A stretch of 64,000 bases of DNA from Felis catus (GCF_018350175.1 NC_058368.1:5084001-5148000); one strand, 5' to 3'; positions 48,970 through 63,978 are shown, counted from the first letter of the stretch. The notes: generated from the sequence alone by a model not told the origin. Made by a program: numbers and translations.

Positions 48970-51900
48970 ATTTATTGTGTCAGTTGCTTTGAATCTTTAT
49001 AGGTGTCAGTAGTTGTTCTAACTATGTAATTTTCTTATTATTGCTCTTTTATTCTCTGTGATTGGTTTTTAGTGTTTTGTTTTTACCAATTTATATATCT
49101 TGCTTTTTAGAAAAATTGTAGAGTGAACACAAGATAGAAGGATATTGGGTAAAATGTGAAAGTCCCCTTCAGCTTCCAGGGCCTGATCCCACTTTCTTCC
49201 CCTGAGTATCTTTTCTTCATATTTCGGTGTGTATTCTTTCGAACCCTTTAAAAAATGGCCTTTTTCAACATATGCATATAAATGTTTCCTCTCTCTAGTT
49301 TTCTCACATTTATCATTCTCTTAGGTCCTTCTTTTTGTAACAAACGGGTTAAAAGAAATCTGTGTACTTTCTGATTTGTCTTCTTTCTCCTTTAACCATA
49401 GATCATCAACATTTTTCCATATCAGTGCATGTAATTTACTTTTTATGTACCATCCCGTGGCATGGATGTACAATGAATTGTTTAAAGTATTTTCTGTGGT
49501 TGGGCAATTAGGTTCTTTCCAGTATTTCTGTTTTACAGAAAAAGCTGTATGTGGCTCTTATGTTTAATGTTTCTTTGGGATTGATCCTTGAAGAGGAATT
49601 GCTGAAAATGCATATAAATTGTATTTTTTAATGCCAGATTGCCTCCCCAAACTGCTGTATAAATAATACACTTCTACAGCATGCATGAGTACCCATTTCC
49701 TAGTATTCTTTGCAACCCTAGATATTATCAATCCTCATAATAACTACTTGTGAGTTGAACTTTTTAATATATATGTTAGCCATTTGCATGTTAATGTAAT
49801 TGCATGTTGGTATCCTTTGTCCATTTTTATTTAGTAGGGTTTTTTTTGTTTTTTTTTTTAATGCTCTCTGTAGATAATGTACGTTAATGTTTCTCTTACG
49901 AGGTAGTTTGGACTCTTGGAGTCAGCTGGGTTCAGACACTTGCCTTGAACCTGTGTGATCTTGGGGAAGTTAATTCACTTTTCTAGAGCTTAAGCTTTAT
50001 CATGTGAAAAGTGGGGATAATAAAGATGGGTAGCTGTATTAATAATAGAATCTTTTAGAAAGCACTTGGATGGCATGAACCCCTGATACTTTGCAAGTTT
50101 CACTGTTCTTGCACCAGTACCCCACTGCTGTAATCAGTGTCCTTGGATGCTTTGTTTTGGTACCTGATGGGGGAGCTGCCCCATCTTGTTTTTGTTTTTG
50201 TTTTTGTTTTTGTTTTTGTGTGGGGTGGCTATTTTCGGACACTTACTCTTTAAGATAAGCTTGAGTACCTATATTTTTCTTTCAGAGATCTTACTGGGAT
50301 TTTGATTGGGTTTATACAAATGAAATACATTATGATCTGGGGAGAGTTGACATCTTAATATGTATAGCATGATATGTGCATATATTAGGACTCTTATTCT
50401 TTCTGCAAGGTTTTACAGTGTTTATCAGATACCTCTTTAAGCTTTTACTAACTGCATCTTGGTTTTATTTCTGAGTGTGGATTTTTATCCTGCACTTGGT
50501 ACAAGGTCATTCACGTTATTACAGAAGCAGATTAACTGTTCTTTTGTGATGATACAGTAAACCCGAGTTAATGTCTTACTAATCTCAAATATTGTGGGAA
50601 TTTGAATAGTGCTTTTAGAAATACCGTAATGGGATTTTTATGTGTGAAATGCTTAGGTTTGAATGATTTATCACATTTGCTTTGACATCCCCTTCCTCCG
50701 TGCCTTGCCCTGGTCTCGCCATGCATAATCCTGGCTGCACTGTACTTTTTGGAACACACACCACGAAATTATTTAGGGGATACAACCCTGGGACTTGGTA
50801 ACAGGGGGTCAATGTCCTGGAAAATCTCAGCTGGAGGGCCTAATTTCAATCTTCACAAAGTCACCTTTACCTATAGGTGTCTCCCATTTATTGAGTGTGT
50901 AACATGTCTGTTCTGGGCTCCACACTCGCAACTTTATACACTCTACCCTGTTTAATCTCAATATTACCCTATAAAGCAGAAAACTCCCAATTACTAGATG
51001 AAGAAACTGAGGCTTACTTTATGCAATTTACTGGAGGTCACATGTCTGTCAAGTCATGGAGCTGCGGTTTTCTGCGATGACAGGGATGACAGGAATGGCA
51101 CGCTGATTTTCATGCCTAAGCCCTCAAAGTCTCCCAAGGTAATGTCATTACATGATTTATATGGAAAATTCCAGGTATACAGTAAACTATAGATCAAAGC
51201 AAGGTAAGTACAAGGGGCTCTGGCACTTGAGGGAGGCATCCTAGGGAGGGTGTTGGGTGAGGAGGTAGCAGGTGCGGGACTTCTGGAGCCACCTTTCCCA
51301 CTGCCTCCCTATGAAGAAGCTCCTAGAGAAGCGTGAGGGGTGGTCTGCCCACCTTAGGGTAAGGAGGAGCAGTTTGGACTATCTGAATCTTCGGAAGGTA
51401 AGCAGTTTAGCAAGAAAGCTTTTCCAGGAAGGCTTGCCTGACTCCTGTAACCCAAGAGCACCACATGCTCAGAACGGGTGAGACTCGATCCTTTTCTTGC
51501 CTTACAGAGAGAGGAGCCTTACCTGGCACAAGGAGACCGTGGAAATGGGCAAGAAGTTCGGGTGCTGAGGGATGGCAGCAGATTGAGGAAAGAGGAGGGG
51601 TTACTGGACAAGTTGGTCCTGGGCCAAATGTGGTGGTTTTTTTTTTTTTTTTTTTTTTTTTTTGCCTCTTCCTACTTTACTTAGTCTAATGCACTCTTTC
51701 TCTTCTACCTAATCTGTCAATTAAGAGCAACAAAAAACCTACCAGGCTCACACAGGTCGCAGTCCTGAAGACTGGGCTGTAAATTTAATTTGCAGAGACC
51801 TTGTTTTTGTTGTCCTCAACCCTTTGAGTCCCCTGGTAGCAAGTCAGTTAAATTCAGTAAAACATTTGTTAGTATTTGCTGTGTGCAAGTCAGTGCTGGG

Positions 51901-52294
51901 AATTTAGAGGAATATAAATAGCAATGGGGTATTTTCTGTGCTCAGTAATGTTAGCTAACATCAGTGCTAAGCGGAGGCAAGGGCCTGCTCTTAAGAGCTT
52001 TCCATACATGAACTCGTTTACTCCTTAGTCCTATGAGGTAGGTACTATCATTTCTTTTTTACAAATGAGAAATTAGGCACAAGTCACTAGTAAGTGAATG
52101 GGCCAGAATTCAAGACCAGGCTGTTTTTCTAGAGTTGAGGGTTATAAGTAAGTATACTCTAATGTGAGCTTTTTATTAAGTGATAGGATAAAGATACAAA
52201 GAAAATTACCGAGTGCACAGAGGAGAAATTAACTTGGCCTGGGGAAACTCCCAAGAAAATGATAATAGGTGGCTTTGAGCAATGAATGAATAGG

Positions 52295-54965
52295 ATTTTT
52301 TTTTTTTTTTAAAGTGTGTATTTTTGAGAGAGAGCACGAACCGTGGAGGGGCAGAAAGGAAGGGAGACAAGCAGGCTCCAGGCTCTGAGCTGTGAGCACA
52401 GAGCCTGAGGTAGGGCTCCCACCCACTAACGGTGAGATCACGACCTGAGCCAAAGACGCTTAACCTACTGAGTCACACCCCCTGGCTCCCCTGGGTTTTT
52501 TTTTTTTGTTTTAGTGTTTTGTTTTGTTTTGTTTTTTAACGTTTATTTATTTTCGGAGAGACAGAGCACAATTGGGGGAGGAGCAGGGGGAGAGAAAGAG
52601 ACCCAGAATCTGGAGCAGGCTCCAGGCTCAGCTCTCAGCACAGAGCCTGAGGCAGGGCTGGAACTCACGAACAGTTGAGATCATGACCCGAACCGAACCG
52701 AAGTCCGATGCTTAACCAACCGAGCCACCTAAGTCCCAGGAGCCCCTGTTTTTAATGAAGTATTAACAATTTGAATTTGAAGAACCACAGATTTATTTAA
52801 TTAAAGGTAATTTTACATTTGAACAAGATAAAGGGAGAAAATAAAAAGCAACAAATACCTCACTTTCCAGAGGAAGTTTCTGTTAAATTTCTCTTCTTCT
52901 GTTACTGTTTTTCTTCATAACTGCATAGCATGTATGTCCACACTGTTTAATAACCAGTTTCTTTTGGTGAATATTTCGACTGTTTATATATTTTTAGCTA
53001 TTGGAAATAATTTTGGTAGGATCAGTGAAAATGGTATCCAGTTTTATTGATTTATTTTCTTTATGAGTTTCAACATTTTTGTGTAGGTAGTAACCAGCTT
53101 TTAAAAATTATTTGTAAGAGCTCTTTGGATGTAATCCCTCCCTATCTGTAGAGATGTTTGGAAAAATTAACAATTTTAAACCTTTACTCTTGGAGCCATG
53201 TAACTTTTTAATGAAAATTATGGCATTTAAAAATAATTTCTTATGTATTGCAGATGTTTTGCAGTTAATCATTTCACCTATTTATGGTTTATTTTTGTGC
53301 TGAGTAGAAATTTTAAGTTTTAAAATTGCCCAAGTTGATTGGTCTTTTTTTTAATGACTTCTGGGAAAGAGTGAGAGAAGTCAATGAGAGGGAAAAAAGA
53401 ATTAAGACAGTTTAAGTTTTGTTTTATTTTGTTTTGTTTTGTTCGTTTTTTAAGAGAATGTGAGCTGGGGAGAGGGGAGAGAGAGAATCTTAAGTAGGGT
53501 CTCTGTTCAACATGGAGCCTGACGCGAGGCTTGATCTCATGACCCTGGGATCATGATGTGAGCCAAAGTCAAGATTTGGACCCTCAACCAACTAAGCCAT
53601 CCAGGTGCCCCTAATACATTTAAAGTTTTACAATTTGTAGTCTTTCTTATTTGTTTACCATTAAAACTTCATAATTGTATGAAGTTGTCTTTAGAAGATT
53701 CAGCTAGGTGGCTGGTGTCAGCCTGTAATTGGAGAATGGCAGAACTTGAAGAGAGACTTCACGCCTACTACTTTTTAGCGTGCTTTGACAGTCATGACAT
53801 TTTAAATATGGCAGTGACATTAAGATAGGTGATAAGATCATTTCTCTTTTAGAGATGAGAGAAGCAGCTAATTTGCCCAAAGTCCTGCAAGTCCTAAGTG
53901 AGGATGCTAAGACTCAAACTCTGATATCCCTGGTGTCATTCAAGTGAAGTCTTTTAGAACTTGATTTTCAAATGATGGCATGTTCAACTCACTGTCATTT
54001 CCAAATTTAATGCATTCTGTATTGTCATATATTCAGAAGGCAGAAGAAAAGTTAAATCTCTGTGGCCAATGCATTTTTTTTTTCTTTTTAAAAATTTTTC
54101 TCCTAGATAGACGGGAGAACTTGATTCAAGGACACCAACTCTTAGATAAACAACATGAGTGACAAGTTCTTATTCTTATCTTGGTGAACTGTATAGGTGC
54201 CACTGTGAAAACTAAAACTATCTTTTAACTGTATCTTCTAGATTGCGCCCTTGTTTGATGTAATCATTTTATCTTATTTTTTAAGTAATCTACTAAGAAG
54301 TTTCTAAAAACTACCACTTTAGATTCCTTACACAGTGTTGATCCTACGTGGTCTTATTTGTATTTTTTCCCCTAAAACTGTAATTGTGCGTGAAGTGTGT
54401 GTATCTGTGTGTGTCTGTATATATACACAGATATAATTCAAATTATTTGTATATAAAGAAAATTGAAAATGTATCATTGAAAGTCATTCCTATTCTTGAT
54501 GATATGTAAACATTTAAAGATATATTTTTATATATTTTGGTGTATCATTATCCCCTTCTACCTGACTTAGTTATTAGTTTTAGTGAATTTCTTACTGTTG
54601 AAAGTAGCAGAGGGGCGCCTGGGTGGCTCAGCTGGTTGAGCGTCCAACAGATGATGATCGCACAGTTTGTGAATTTGAGCTCTGTGCTCAGCACAGAGCC
54701 TGCTTTGGACCTTCTGTTTCCCTCCCCCCCCCCCCCCCCCGGCTCGTTCTCATGCTCTTTCTCAAAAGTAAATAAACATTAGGGGCACCTGGGGGGCTTG
54801 TGGATTGAGCATCCAACTTCAGTTCAGGTCTGAGCCCCACATCGGGCTCTGTGCTGACGGCTCACAGCCTGCTTCAGATCCTGTCTCCCTCTCTCTCTAC
54901 CCCTCCCCTACTCGTGCTCTGCTTTCTCTCACTCTCAAAAATAAATAATAAAACATTAAAAAATA
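52295..54965. mobile_element. Five Can-SINEs downstream of the gene: 52295-52490 -, 52495-52745 -, 53420-53611 -, 54612-54781 +, 54782-54965 +
   Basis: Diverged SINEC motifs. Confidence 0.85.
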
Positions 54966-56742
54966 AATACTAAAAAAGAGAATATAGCAGAATTTATTAT
55001 TTTCATGTTTAATTCTTATTTTTTATCAAAATCACACGACACAGTTAAAAGAGTCATGTTTCCATAAGCCTTGTTAAAAAAGCAGTTTCCCTTCTCTCTG
55101 TTTGGAAGTGACCTTTTTCACCCCTTAAAGCTTTTGGCCAGTTCTGTTTTCAGTCCCACTTTCACCTCTTCCTGCAGTAATCAGCAGCTTCCTTCTCAGC
55201 TTTCCCCACCATGGTGAAAGTCAGCTCTCTTGATCTGCTAGTCAGTTACTCTTCCATTCCAGCTCCTAACATTTCTTTGCTATTAACACAGGGGGTTTCT
55301 GTTTGCAGGGACATCTCCTTAGTTTGCATGGCTCATATTACTTCAGATACAGGCAAAGCTGCTTTAGTAAGAGACCTGAAAATACAGTGGCTTGAACAAG
55401 ATGGTTTATTTCTCTTTCCTGTGATGGCCCAATAGCAGTCCAGGGTTGATGTGGCTGTTCAGTTCCAAAGAGAGGGCCTGACCTTAATTGTTTTGAGTAC
55501 ATATTGTATTGAATCGGTCTTATTCCTGATACGGATATAAACTGACCTAGATTGGATTTATCCCAGCAGTGACTTGTATTCTCTTTGGTCTATGATGTAG
55601 TTTGCATTACCCTTTCTTCAAAATAACTGTCCTTCACTAGCTTTCACTTGAACTCTCTTTTGGATGCTGCTCTTGATTTTGACCTTCGTGTAACTTTAGG
55701 TTCAGAGGTTGCACACCAACTAGGGAGCTGTCCCTTGATCTGTTTGGTCCACAGAATGTGTGCTGATTTTTAAAAATCAGATTTTACACGAAATCCCCAA
55801 TCTCTTGTGAACAAACACAAGCAGACAGATCTGGCAGCAGCGATTGCACCCCCCCCCCCCAGGCAACTTCCCCTTTCAGAGGTGTCATTGACCCTCCAAT
55901 TAACCCCCGTCCCCACTGCTCCCTGCCTTCTCTTACATTTACCTCGCTTGTTGAATTACCTGCTGCACCAGTTTCATCATTTGCTCTGTGGCCCACAGGC
56001 TTGGTCCCTTACCTTTCTCTCCTTTAACTATCATACGGGTCTCTCCTCCGCTAGGGCCGTGATGGGGAAAGCAACGCACAGAGAGCCAGGCTCCCAGCCT
56101 TCCTCATTCACAGAGATGTGAGAGTGACGATGGCTAGTCCACTCAAATGATCACTAGGAAGGAAAACATCTTCATCATCTGGCAAGTTTCTCAGTGCTGC
56201 GGAAAGCTTCTGACCTTCCACCATCGCTTTGAAAGCAATGACTCCACAAGGGGAGCTCTGCAGTGCCGGGAAGCTGACAGCAGGGGGCAGGGGAGATGAG
56301 TTCCCTCCTGCCAGAGGGCTAGTCAATTTCTTGCACAGTGTCTGTTTCCTGACCTGTTGTTTCATGGCTTAAAGTTCTATAATGGGACTCATTTGTTTGT
56401 GTTTTACTATTTGGTAGGTGTGTTAATAACAAATAATAATTCTTTCCAATCATAGTGTGCATTTTCTACAGTAGCTGAACAAGGGATTGGTCTAAAGAAA
56501 AACGGTCTTTTAAATAACTTAGCCCGAAACAATAATGCGCTGAGCATTTATTCCTTTTGGTTTCAAAAAGAACTCCTCCCATGTGATACACTTTTATTTG
56601 CAGTTGGTTTAGAAGTAGTGATTCTCTATTTTTCAAGTCTATGCTCTCTGATAATAGCAAACGTATTTAGTGAACACCTATGATAAGCCAAGCAGGAGAG
56701 TGTGGTAAGTCATTATGCCTTGGTTCAGAATTAGTATTTCAA

Positions 56743-57232
56743 TCTGCACTGCCCAAAATGGTAGCCATTTGCCATACGTGGCTACCGAGCACTTGACATA
56801 TGGCTAGTGTGATTGAGAAACTGAATTTAAAATCTTCATTTGAATCAATTTAAATTCGAAAATGGACGTTCAACTACATATTGGGCAACAGTTGAGGGTG
56901 TTTGGAACAACCTAGATATGCGATTCCACTTTTTGATTGTAAATTTTATGAAATCTGCTTGCAGGTCAAGTAGTTCCAAAGCAAATTTAGCATTTGAGAA
57001 GCTTTTAGGTATAAAATCCACACTGGAGTTTGAAGACTTGTCATGAAAAAAGAATAAAATATTTAATATTTTTATTTTGATTTCATGTTGAGATGATAAT
57101 GTATCAGGTTAAATAAAATCTTAATTTCATGTGTCTTGTTTTAATGGGGCTCCTAAATTTTAATTTAAATTAATCTAATTTACATTTTAAATTACATATG
57201 AGACTTGCATTATATTTGTTGGACGGTGCTGC
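56743..57232 (-). mobile_element. hAT-Charlie (MER33/Charlie1-like) DNA transposon remnant
   Basis: ctgcactgcccaaaatggtagccatttgccatacgtggctaccgagcacttga ... cttgcattatatttgttggacggtgctgct. Confidence 0.75.
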
Positions 57233-58574
57233 TTTAGACACTACTAACCACGCTCCTGGGGCCATTTCTCTCTAAAAGAGAAACCGCAAATTTTTAATTT
57301 GTTTCTCTTTAAAAAAATCTCTGTGTCAAATCTTACAACAGCCTGGCATCCCTTTCATTGTGTCTACCCCTGTGAGTCATCCGAATTCTTCGTTACCTCC
57401 TTGAAGTGCAGACAGGGTTGTGTAAAGCCCATACTCTCTGGTACTTTTTATTCCAAACGCTTTAGCGTAATCTGCAAGGTCCCTCAAAGCCTGGCGTCTA
57501 CTTTCCCAAGCCCTCTTCTGCTCTTCTGCGGCTCTCACACACCGAGGCCATTCCAGGGTACTAAGTTCTTTCCTGCCACTCTGCATTTGCATCCTCTGCT
57601 TCCTTTGCCTGGAATAGAGGTTAGCCTCTCAGTGCCCTCTGTCCTCGTCCTCCCCATCTCCTCTGGCAAAGTGAGCATACACCTCTGCGCTCCAGGAGGA
57701 CTTTGGACCTTATGACACAGGCTTACCACATATACTTTTGTCACTCGAGGAGGTATTTGTCTCCCACATTCGATTCTGTGATCCCAGAACAAGAGCCCTG
57801 TCTTGTTATTATTTTGGTTTGTTTTTGTACCTTCAATACTTAGCATTTGATTGGACTCCATAAATATTACGAACTGAGTGATTACTACAGTGGGAAAGGG
57901 GTTAATTCAGGGACCCACTGTGGACCTTACTCTGCAGAGGGGTTGGAACCATGCCCTCCACCACTTGGCCAAGTTATTTAAGTGCCGCGTTAGTGGAATA
58001 GAGATAATACCTATGCTACAGGTTGACTGTGAAGCTGAAAATGAGTTCACGCATATGAGGTGCTTCAGCAGGTGTCCAGGCAAGCTAAACATGCAACAAA
58101 TATTAGAATTGTCACCATACGGTCTAAACTATTTTTCTTTTTCTCTCAGGCAACAAATCACAGGTTTTAACTGGATTTCGAAAACCCAGTGTTACAGAAA
58201 CCAATGAAATAGGAAGAAAAATCCATTTCTGAGCAGTCACTGAATCAACAAATACCGACTTTGAAGGAACTTCTGATTATCATTTTACCAACATCACTAT
58301 TTAAGAATAGAACTATAAGGCTTAATGAGTTTGGCCAAGGTGTTTTGAATTCAGGAAAGAAAACTTGCCCTTGATGTTTAAGGATGATCTAATGGATCAT
58401 AAACCGGTGACGGAGAGGGTTTAAAAACACCACTGGGAAGTAGGCCACTAATTCAGTGTCTATAAGGAATTGTGGAAGATTTACAGATGGCTAGGAAAAG
58501 GTGATACAAAATGGAATTGACCAAGTACAGTGAATTAAATCTTTGTTGATGTAATTATGCAACTCATTCGTTTT

Positions 58575-59790
58575 TAAAAAGCAGCTTTCCTGAGATATAC
58601 TTTATATGTCCCATAATTCACCTATTTGAAGTATACATTCACTGGTTTTTAGTGTGTTCACAAAGTGAGGCAATACTACAGTCTAACTTTATTTTTTTTT
58701 TTAATTTTTTTAATGTTTATTTTTTTTTTTTTTCAAAAATTTTTTTTCAACGTTTATTTATTTTTGGGACAGAGAGAGACAGAGCATGAACGGGGGAGGG
58801 GCAGAGAGAGAGGGAGACACAGAATCGGAAACAGGCTCCAGGCTCTGAGCCATCATCAGCCCAGAGCCCTACGCGGGGCTCGCACTCCCGGACCGCGAGA
58901 TCATGACCTGGCTGAAGTCAGACGCTTAACCGACTGCGCCACCCAGGCGCCCCAATGTTTATTTTTTAAGAGAGAGAGAGAGAGAGAGAGAGAATAGACA
59001 CAGAATCCGAAGCAGGCTCCAGGCTTTGAGCTGTCAGTACAGAGCCCGACGCAGGGCTCGAGCTCACGGACCGCCAGGTCACGACCTGAGCTGAAGTGGG
59101 TGCTCAACCGACTGAGCCACCCAGGCGCCCCCCACCCCCTCACAGTCTAATTTGAGAACATTTTTCCCCCTTGAAAGGAAACTCCATACACATTAGCAAT
59201 CCCCTTCACCAGCACTTCCACCACAAGTCCTAGGTAAACTTTCATCTCCTTTCTGTTTTGAACATTTCATGTAAGGGTCACTGGCAGCTTTAACATTTTA
59301 GCATAATGTTATCAAGGATCATCCATAGTGCAGGACGTATCAGTTCTTCACTCCTTTTTATTGCTGAATAATACTCTATTGCATGCATATAACATGTTTT
59401 GCTTATTCACTCATCAACGGACATTTCGGGTGTTTCTGCTTTTTGGTTATTATGCATAATGCTGCTATGAACATTTATGTACAGGTTTTCGTGTGGACAC
59501 GTGTTTTCACTTCTCATGGGTGTGTACCTAGGGAAGGAATTATTGGGTCACATGGTGACTCTCTATTTAACATTTCGAGGAACTGTCGAATTTTTCCAGA
59601 GTAGCTGTACCGTTTCATAGTCTTACCAGCAATATGTGAGGGTTCCAATTTCTTCATATCTTGCTATTGTCTTTTTAAAAAATTATAGCCCTCTTAGTGG
59701 GCGTGAAGTAGTATTTCATTGTGGTTTGAATTTCCCTAATGACAGATAATGTTGGCCGTCCTTTTCTATGCTTATTGGCTATCTGGATAT
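58575..59790 (-). mobile_element. L1M 3' fragment containing two nested Can-SINEs (58720-58953 inside the tail of 58690-59131)
   Basis: L1 3' motifs such as aatgctgctatgaacatttatgtacagg; inner TSD aatgtttattttt; outer TSD acagtctaa. Confidence 0.8.
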
Positions 59791-60704
59791 TATGCACTTG
59801 ATTCTTATGAAGCATATACCGCTCCTGTGTTCATTCTATTAACAAATGTTTGCTGAGCAACTATTATGGGCCAGACACCTTTCTAAGTGTTGGAATAGGT
59901 AAGTGAATACATCAAACAGAAATTCCAGCCCTCGTGGCACATATATTCTAATTGGAAGACATGGGCTATATAAAAAGTAATATATTCAATACGTAGAATT
60001 TTAGGTGGCGATAAGTGTATGGAAGAAACAAGGTGGAAAAGAGGAACAGAGACTGCTGGGGTGAGGCTTACAGTGCTACAAGAAGTAGCTACAGGACGCC
60101 TCCCCTAGAAGATGGTATTTGAGTAAAGGTAAGAGGTGATGATGCAGGGAGCCAAGCAGAGTCATGGGCAAAAGCAGGCCGTGGAAACAGTGCAAACGTC
60201 TCAAGGCAGGAGGACTCATTGGCCCAAAGAGCATCAGATGTATGGCAGGAATGAAGAGAGGGAGGAGAGTAAGAACCTATGGGAAGATCAGAGGTAAAAA
60301 GCCATCGGATTGTGTAGGGCCTTGGAGGCCATTATGTGGGCTTTGCCTTTCAGTCTGGGTGCGATAGTAAGTCTTTGGAGGATTTGTATGAAGGAGTAAC
60401 ACGATCTGACCTCTCTCTTTTTTTTTTAAATAATTTTATAATATTTAGAGAACACTAATAAAACCAAATGACTCATAGTTATACTTTGGGCCTTGGGAAA
60501 ATATGACACTCTGAAATTTATTTTATTTGAATTAAAATATTTATGAAGAACATAAAGCTTGGAATGCATCACGTTTGGCCGTGAGATATAGCTGCATATC
60601 ACAGAGCATGAAATATGTAAAACATTTAGCAAATTCCAGAAAGAAAATAGATCTGAGAGCTATGACCTTACTTATGAGAAAATTTTAGTAAGTTAAAGGA
60701 GCAA

Positions 60705-60931
60705 TAGTTTTTTATTGAGATATAATTGACATGTCAGTTTCAGGTGTGCAACATAATGATTCACTATCGGTATATGTTGTGAATTGATCACCACAGTAAG
60801 TCCGGTTAGCATCCATCACTACACATAGCTACGATTCTTTTTTCTTGTGATGAGACCTTGTAAGAGCTACTCTTAGCAACTTGCAAATGAACTGTAATCA
60901 CCATGCTGCACATATACATTCCAGGCTTGGA

Positions 60932-60986
<55 letters not shown>

Positions 60987-62670
60987 GAAAGATATATCAC
61001 GTTTTCTTTATCCACTGATGGACACAAGTTTCTTTCATGTCTTGGCTATTGTAAATAACGCTGCAATGAACATGGGGTTGCCACATATCCTTTCAAATTA
61101 GCGTTTTGTTTCCTTTGGGCAAATACCCAGAAGTAGAATTTCTGGGGCATCTGGTAGTTCTATTTTTAATTTTTTTTTTCAACGTTTATTTATTTTTGGG
61201 ACAGAGAGAGACAGAGCATGAACGGGGGAGGGGCAGAGAGAGAGGGAAACACAGAACCGGAAACAGGCTCCAGGCTCTGAGCCATCAGCCCAGAGCCCGA
61301 CGCGGGGCTTGAACTCACGAGAGTTTTTAATTTTTTGAGGAATCTGCATACTGCTTTCCACAGTGGCTGCATTAATTCACATTCCCACCAACAGTGCACA
61401 ATAGTTCCTTTTTCTCTACCTCCTCACCAACACTTGTTGTTTCTTGTTTTTGTTTTCTCGTTATACCGTTCCAACAGGTATAAGGGCAATATCTCCTTGT
61501 GGTTTTGATTTTCATTTCCCTGATGTTGAGTGACATTGAGCACATTTTCTTGTACTTCTTGGTCATGTGTATGTCTTCACTGAAAATGTCTGTTCAGATT
61601 CTCTGCCCATTTTCTAATTGATTTTTTTGTTTGCTATTGAGTAATGAGGTTTTTGTTGCTTTTTTTTTTTTAATGTTTGTTTTTGAGAGAGCATGCACGC
61701 CTGTTTGGGTGCTTTCACATATGTGAGTGGGGGAGGGATAAAGAAAGAGGGAGACAGAGGATCCCAAGCAGGTGCTGTCAATGCAGAGCAGGGCTGGAAC
61801 TCACGAACCTGAATGGTGAGATCATAACCCAGCCAAAGTCAGACGCTTAACCAACTGAGCCACACAGGTGCCCCGTAGTATGAGCTTTTTAAAATATGTT
61901 TTAGATATGAATTCCTTATCAGATATATGATTTGCAAATATGTTCTCTCATTCAATAGGTTGCCTTTTCATTTTGTTGATGGTTTCCTTTGCTGTGCAGA
62001 AGCTTTTTGGTTTGAGGTAGTCTCACCTGTTTATTGTTTTGCTTTTTGTTGCCTTTGCTTTTAATGTCAAATTCAAAAAAATTCATCACCAAGACCAATG
62101 TCAAAGAGCCTACTGCCTATGTTTTCTTCTAGGTGTTTTATTGTTTCAGGTCTTACATTCAGATCTGTAATCCACTTTGATTTAATTTTTTGTGTATGAT
62201 ATAAGATAGTGGTCCAGTTCCACTTTTTGTGTGTGTGGTTGTCCAGTTTTCCCAACACCGTTTATTGAAGAGACTTCCCCTTCCCCATCATATATTTTTG
62301 GCTTTTTCTTTTTGTCGTAAATTAATTGACCATGTATGCCTAGGTTTATTTCTGGGCTCTCTTTTCTGTTCCGTTGGACTATGTGTCTGTTTTATGCTAA
62401 TGCTATACTGTTTTGATTACTATGGCTTTGTAATACAGTTTGAAATCAGGAATTATGATGCCTCCAGCTTTGTTCTTGTTTCTCAAGGTAGCTTTGGCTA
62501 TTTGGGGTCCTCTGTGGTTCCATACAAATTTTAGAATTGTTTTTTCCTATTTCTGTGAAAAATGCCATTGGGATTTTGCTAGAGCTTGCACTGAATCTGT
62601 AGATTGCTTTGGGAAATACGGACGTTTTAACAATATTAATTCTTCCAATTCATGAGCATGCTATATCTTT
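60705..62670 (-). mobile_element. 5'-truncated L1 (ORF2 C-terminus plus 3' UTR), frameshifted, with two SINE insertions and a (TA)n tract
   Basis: ORF-track peptides [37 protein letters not shown] and [24 protein letters not shown] match the L1 ORF2p C-terminal region. Confidence 0.9.
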
Positions 62671-62879
62671 CTATGACTTCCTTCTTGCCAAGATGTTCAG
62701 AGATGCCTATGTGTGCATGCACGTGGGTGAGGGGATATTAGTTGTCACAATAACTGGGGACCAGGGATGCTCAACATTTTCCAATATACAATATGTCAGT
62801 AGAAGCTGTGCTAGAAAACACTGGTGCAAAGACACAGGAGGTGAACTGAGACACCATTCCTGCTCTCCGACTAAGAAAT

Positions 62880-63420
62880 GAGGGATACTTGCATCAGGCT
62901 GGGGCACTGTGGGTGATGAGGAAGCTTGATGATTCCGTGTATATTTTGAAGCTGGAGTTGACAGGACTTGTGGACCGATGGAATATGAGGGGAAGACTAA
63001 GAGAAGAATGAAAGGTGACTTAAGGATTTGGGGAAAAACGGAGTTGACGTTCCTTGGAAGGGCAAGGTTGAGGGACCGGTGGGGGAGAAGGAGCGGCAGA
63101 ATCACAGGTGCGGTCAGCTATTGTAAGTTTGAGACACCTCCGGACATACCAGTGGGCATCTCGTAGTAGGCAGATGAAAAGAGGCATCTGAAAAGAGATT
63201 CTTGAGGGGGAGATTTAAATTTTGGAGTTTTACTAGGCCAGGTGATTAACAAAAGAGGGAGTTAGAAAAGGGAGAAGCCGTGGGGCTTTCCAACAAAAAA
63301 AAAGTCAGAGTGATGAGCAGGAGACAGCCAAGGAGACTTAGGAAAACCGTCCAGTGAATTAGAAGGAGAAAGAAGGTAACATCGAAGGCAGAGGAAATCA
63401 CTAGTCACCTTTGGCAGCAT
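62880..63420 (+). mobile_element. L2-like fragment; a similar one lies at about 59830-60420
   Basis: Motifs atattttgaagctggagttgacaggacttg and taagtttgagacacctccggacatacc; strand tentative. Confidence 0.55.
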
Positions 63421-63769
63421 GGTTGGGTGCAACGTCGGGGAGGAAGATCTGCCTGGAGTGGGGTCACCGGGAGGGGGGAGATTCCCAGCCTTCCCCTGAT
63501 AGCACGTCCTCCCTGCTTAGTACAAATATAACCTCTGGACAGAACACAAAAACACTACTTGCGGATGTTGAAAAATATGCAACCGAAGGCAGCTGTCGAA
63601 CAGGGGCCAGTTTCCTTTTTCTTTTAATTTTCGTCTTTTTTCTCAATGCTTTGCCCCCAGGGCAGGCTCTACTAGCTTCTCAGTGCATTTCAGGAGACTA
63701 AAACTCCAGTAGAAACGTCCCAGTCTTTCTGGCCAGAGGATTCAGGTAAAGGAGGCCCACGAACTGGAA

Positions 63770-63978
63770 AGAGAGAGTGTGTGTGTTAGCCTGGTGAGAG
63801 CATGTGGGCAGGGGAGTGGCAGAAAGAGAGGGAGAGAGAGAGAATCCCAAGTAGGCTCCACGCTGTCAGCGCAGAGCCCGATGTGGGGCAGGATCCCACG
63901 ATCCTTGAGATGGTGACCTGAGCGAAACCAAGAGTCAGACGCTTCACCGCTTCACCCACGGAGCCACCCAGGCGCTCC
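63770..63978 (-). mobile_element. Can-SINE
   Basis: Reverse-complement SINEC ending gagccacccaggcgctccc. Confidence 0.88.

Larger units (their letters stand above)
47013..48990 (+). other. NUP58: NUP58 (p58) 3' UTR, about 2 kb
   Basis: AT-rich, SINE-free sequence after the stop codon, ending in AATAAA at 48964 with a GT/T-rich downstream element. Confidence 0.7.
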
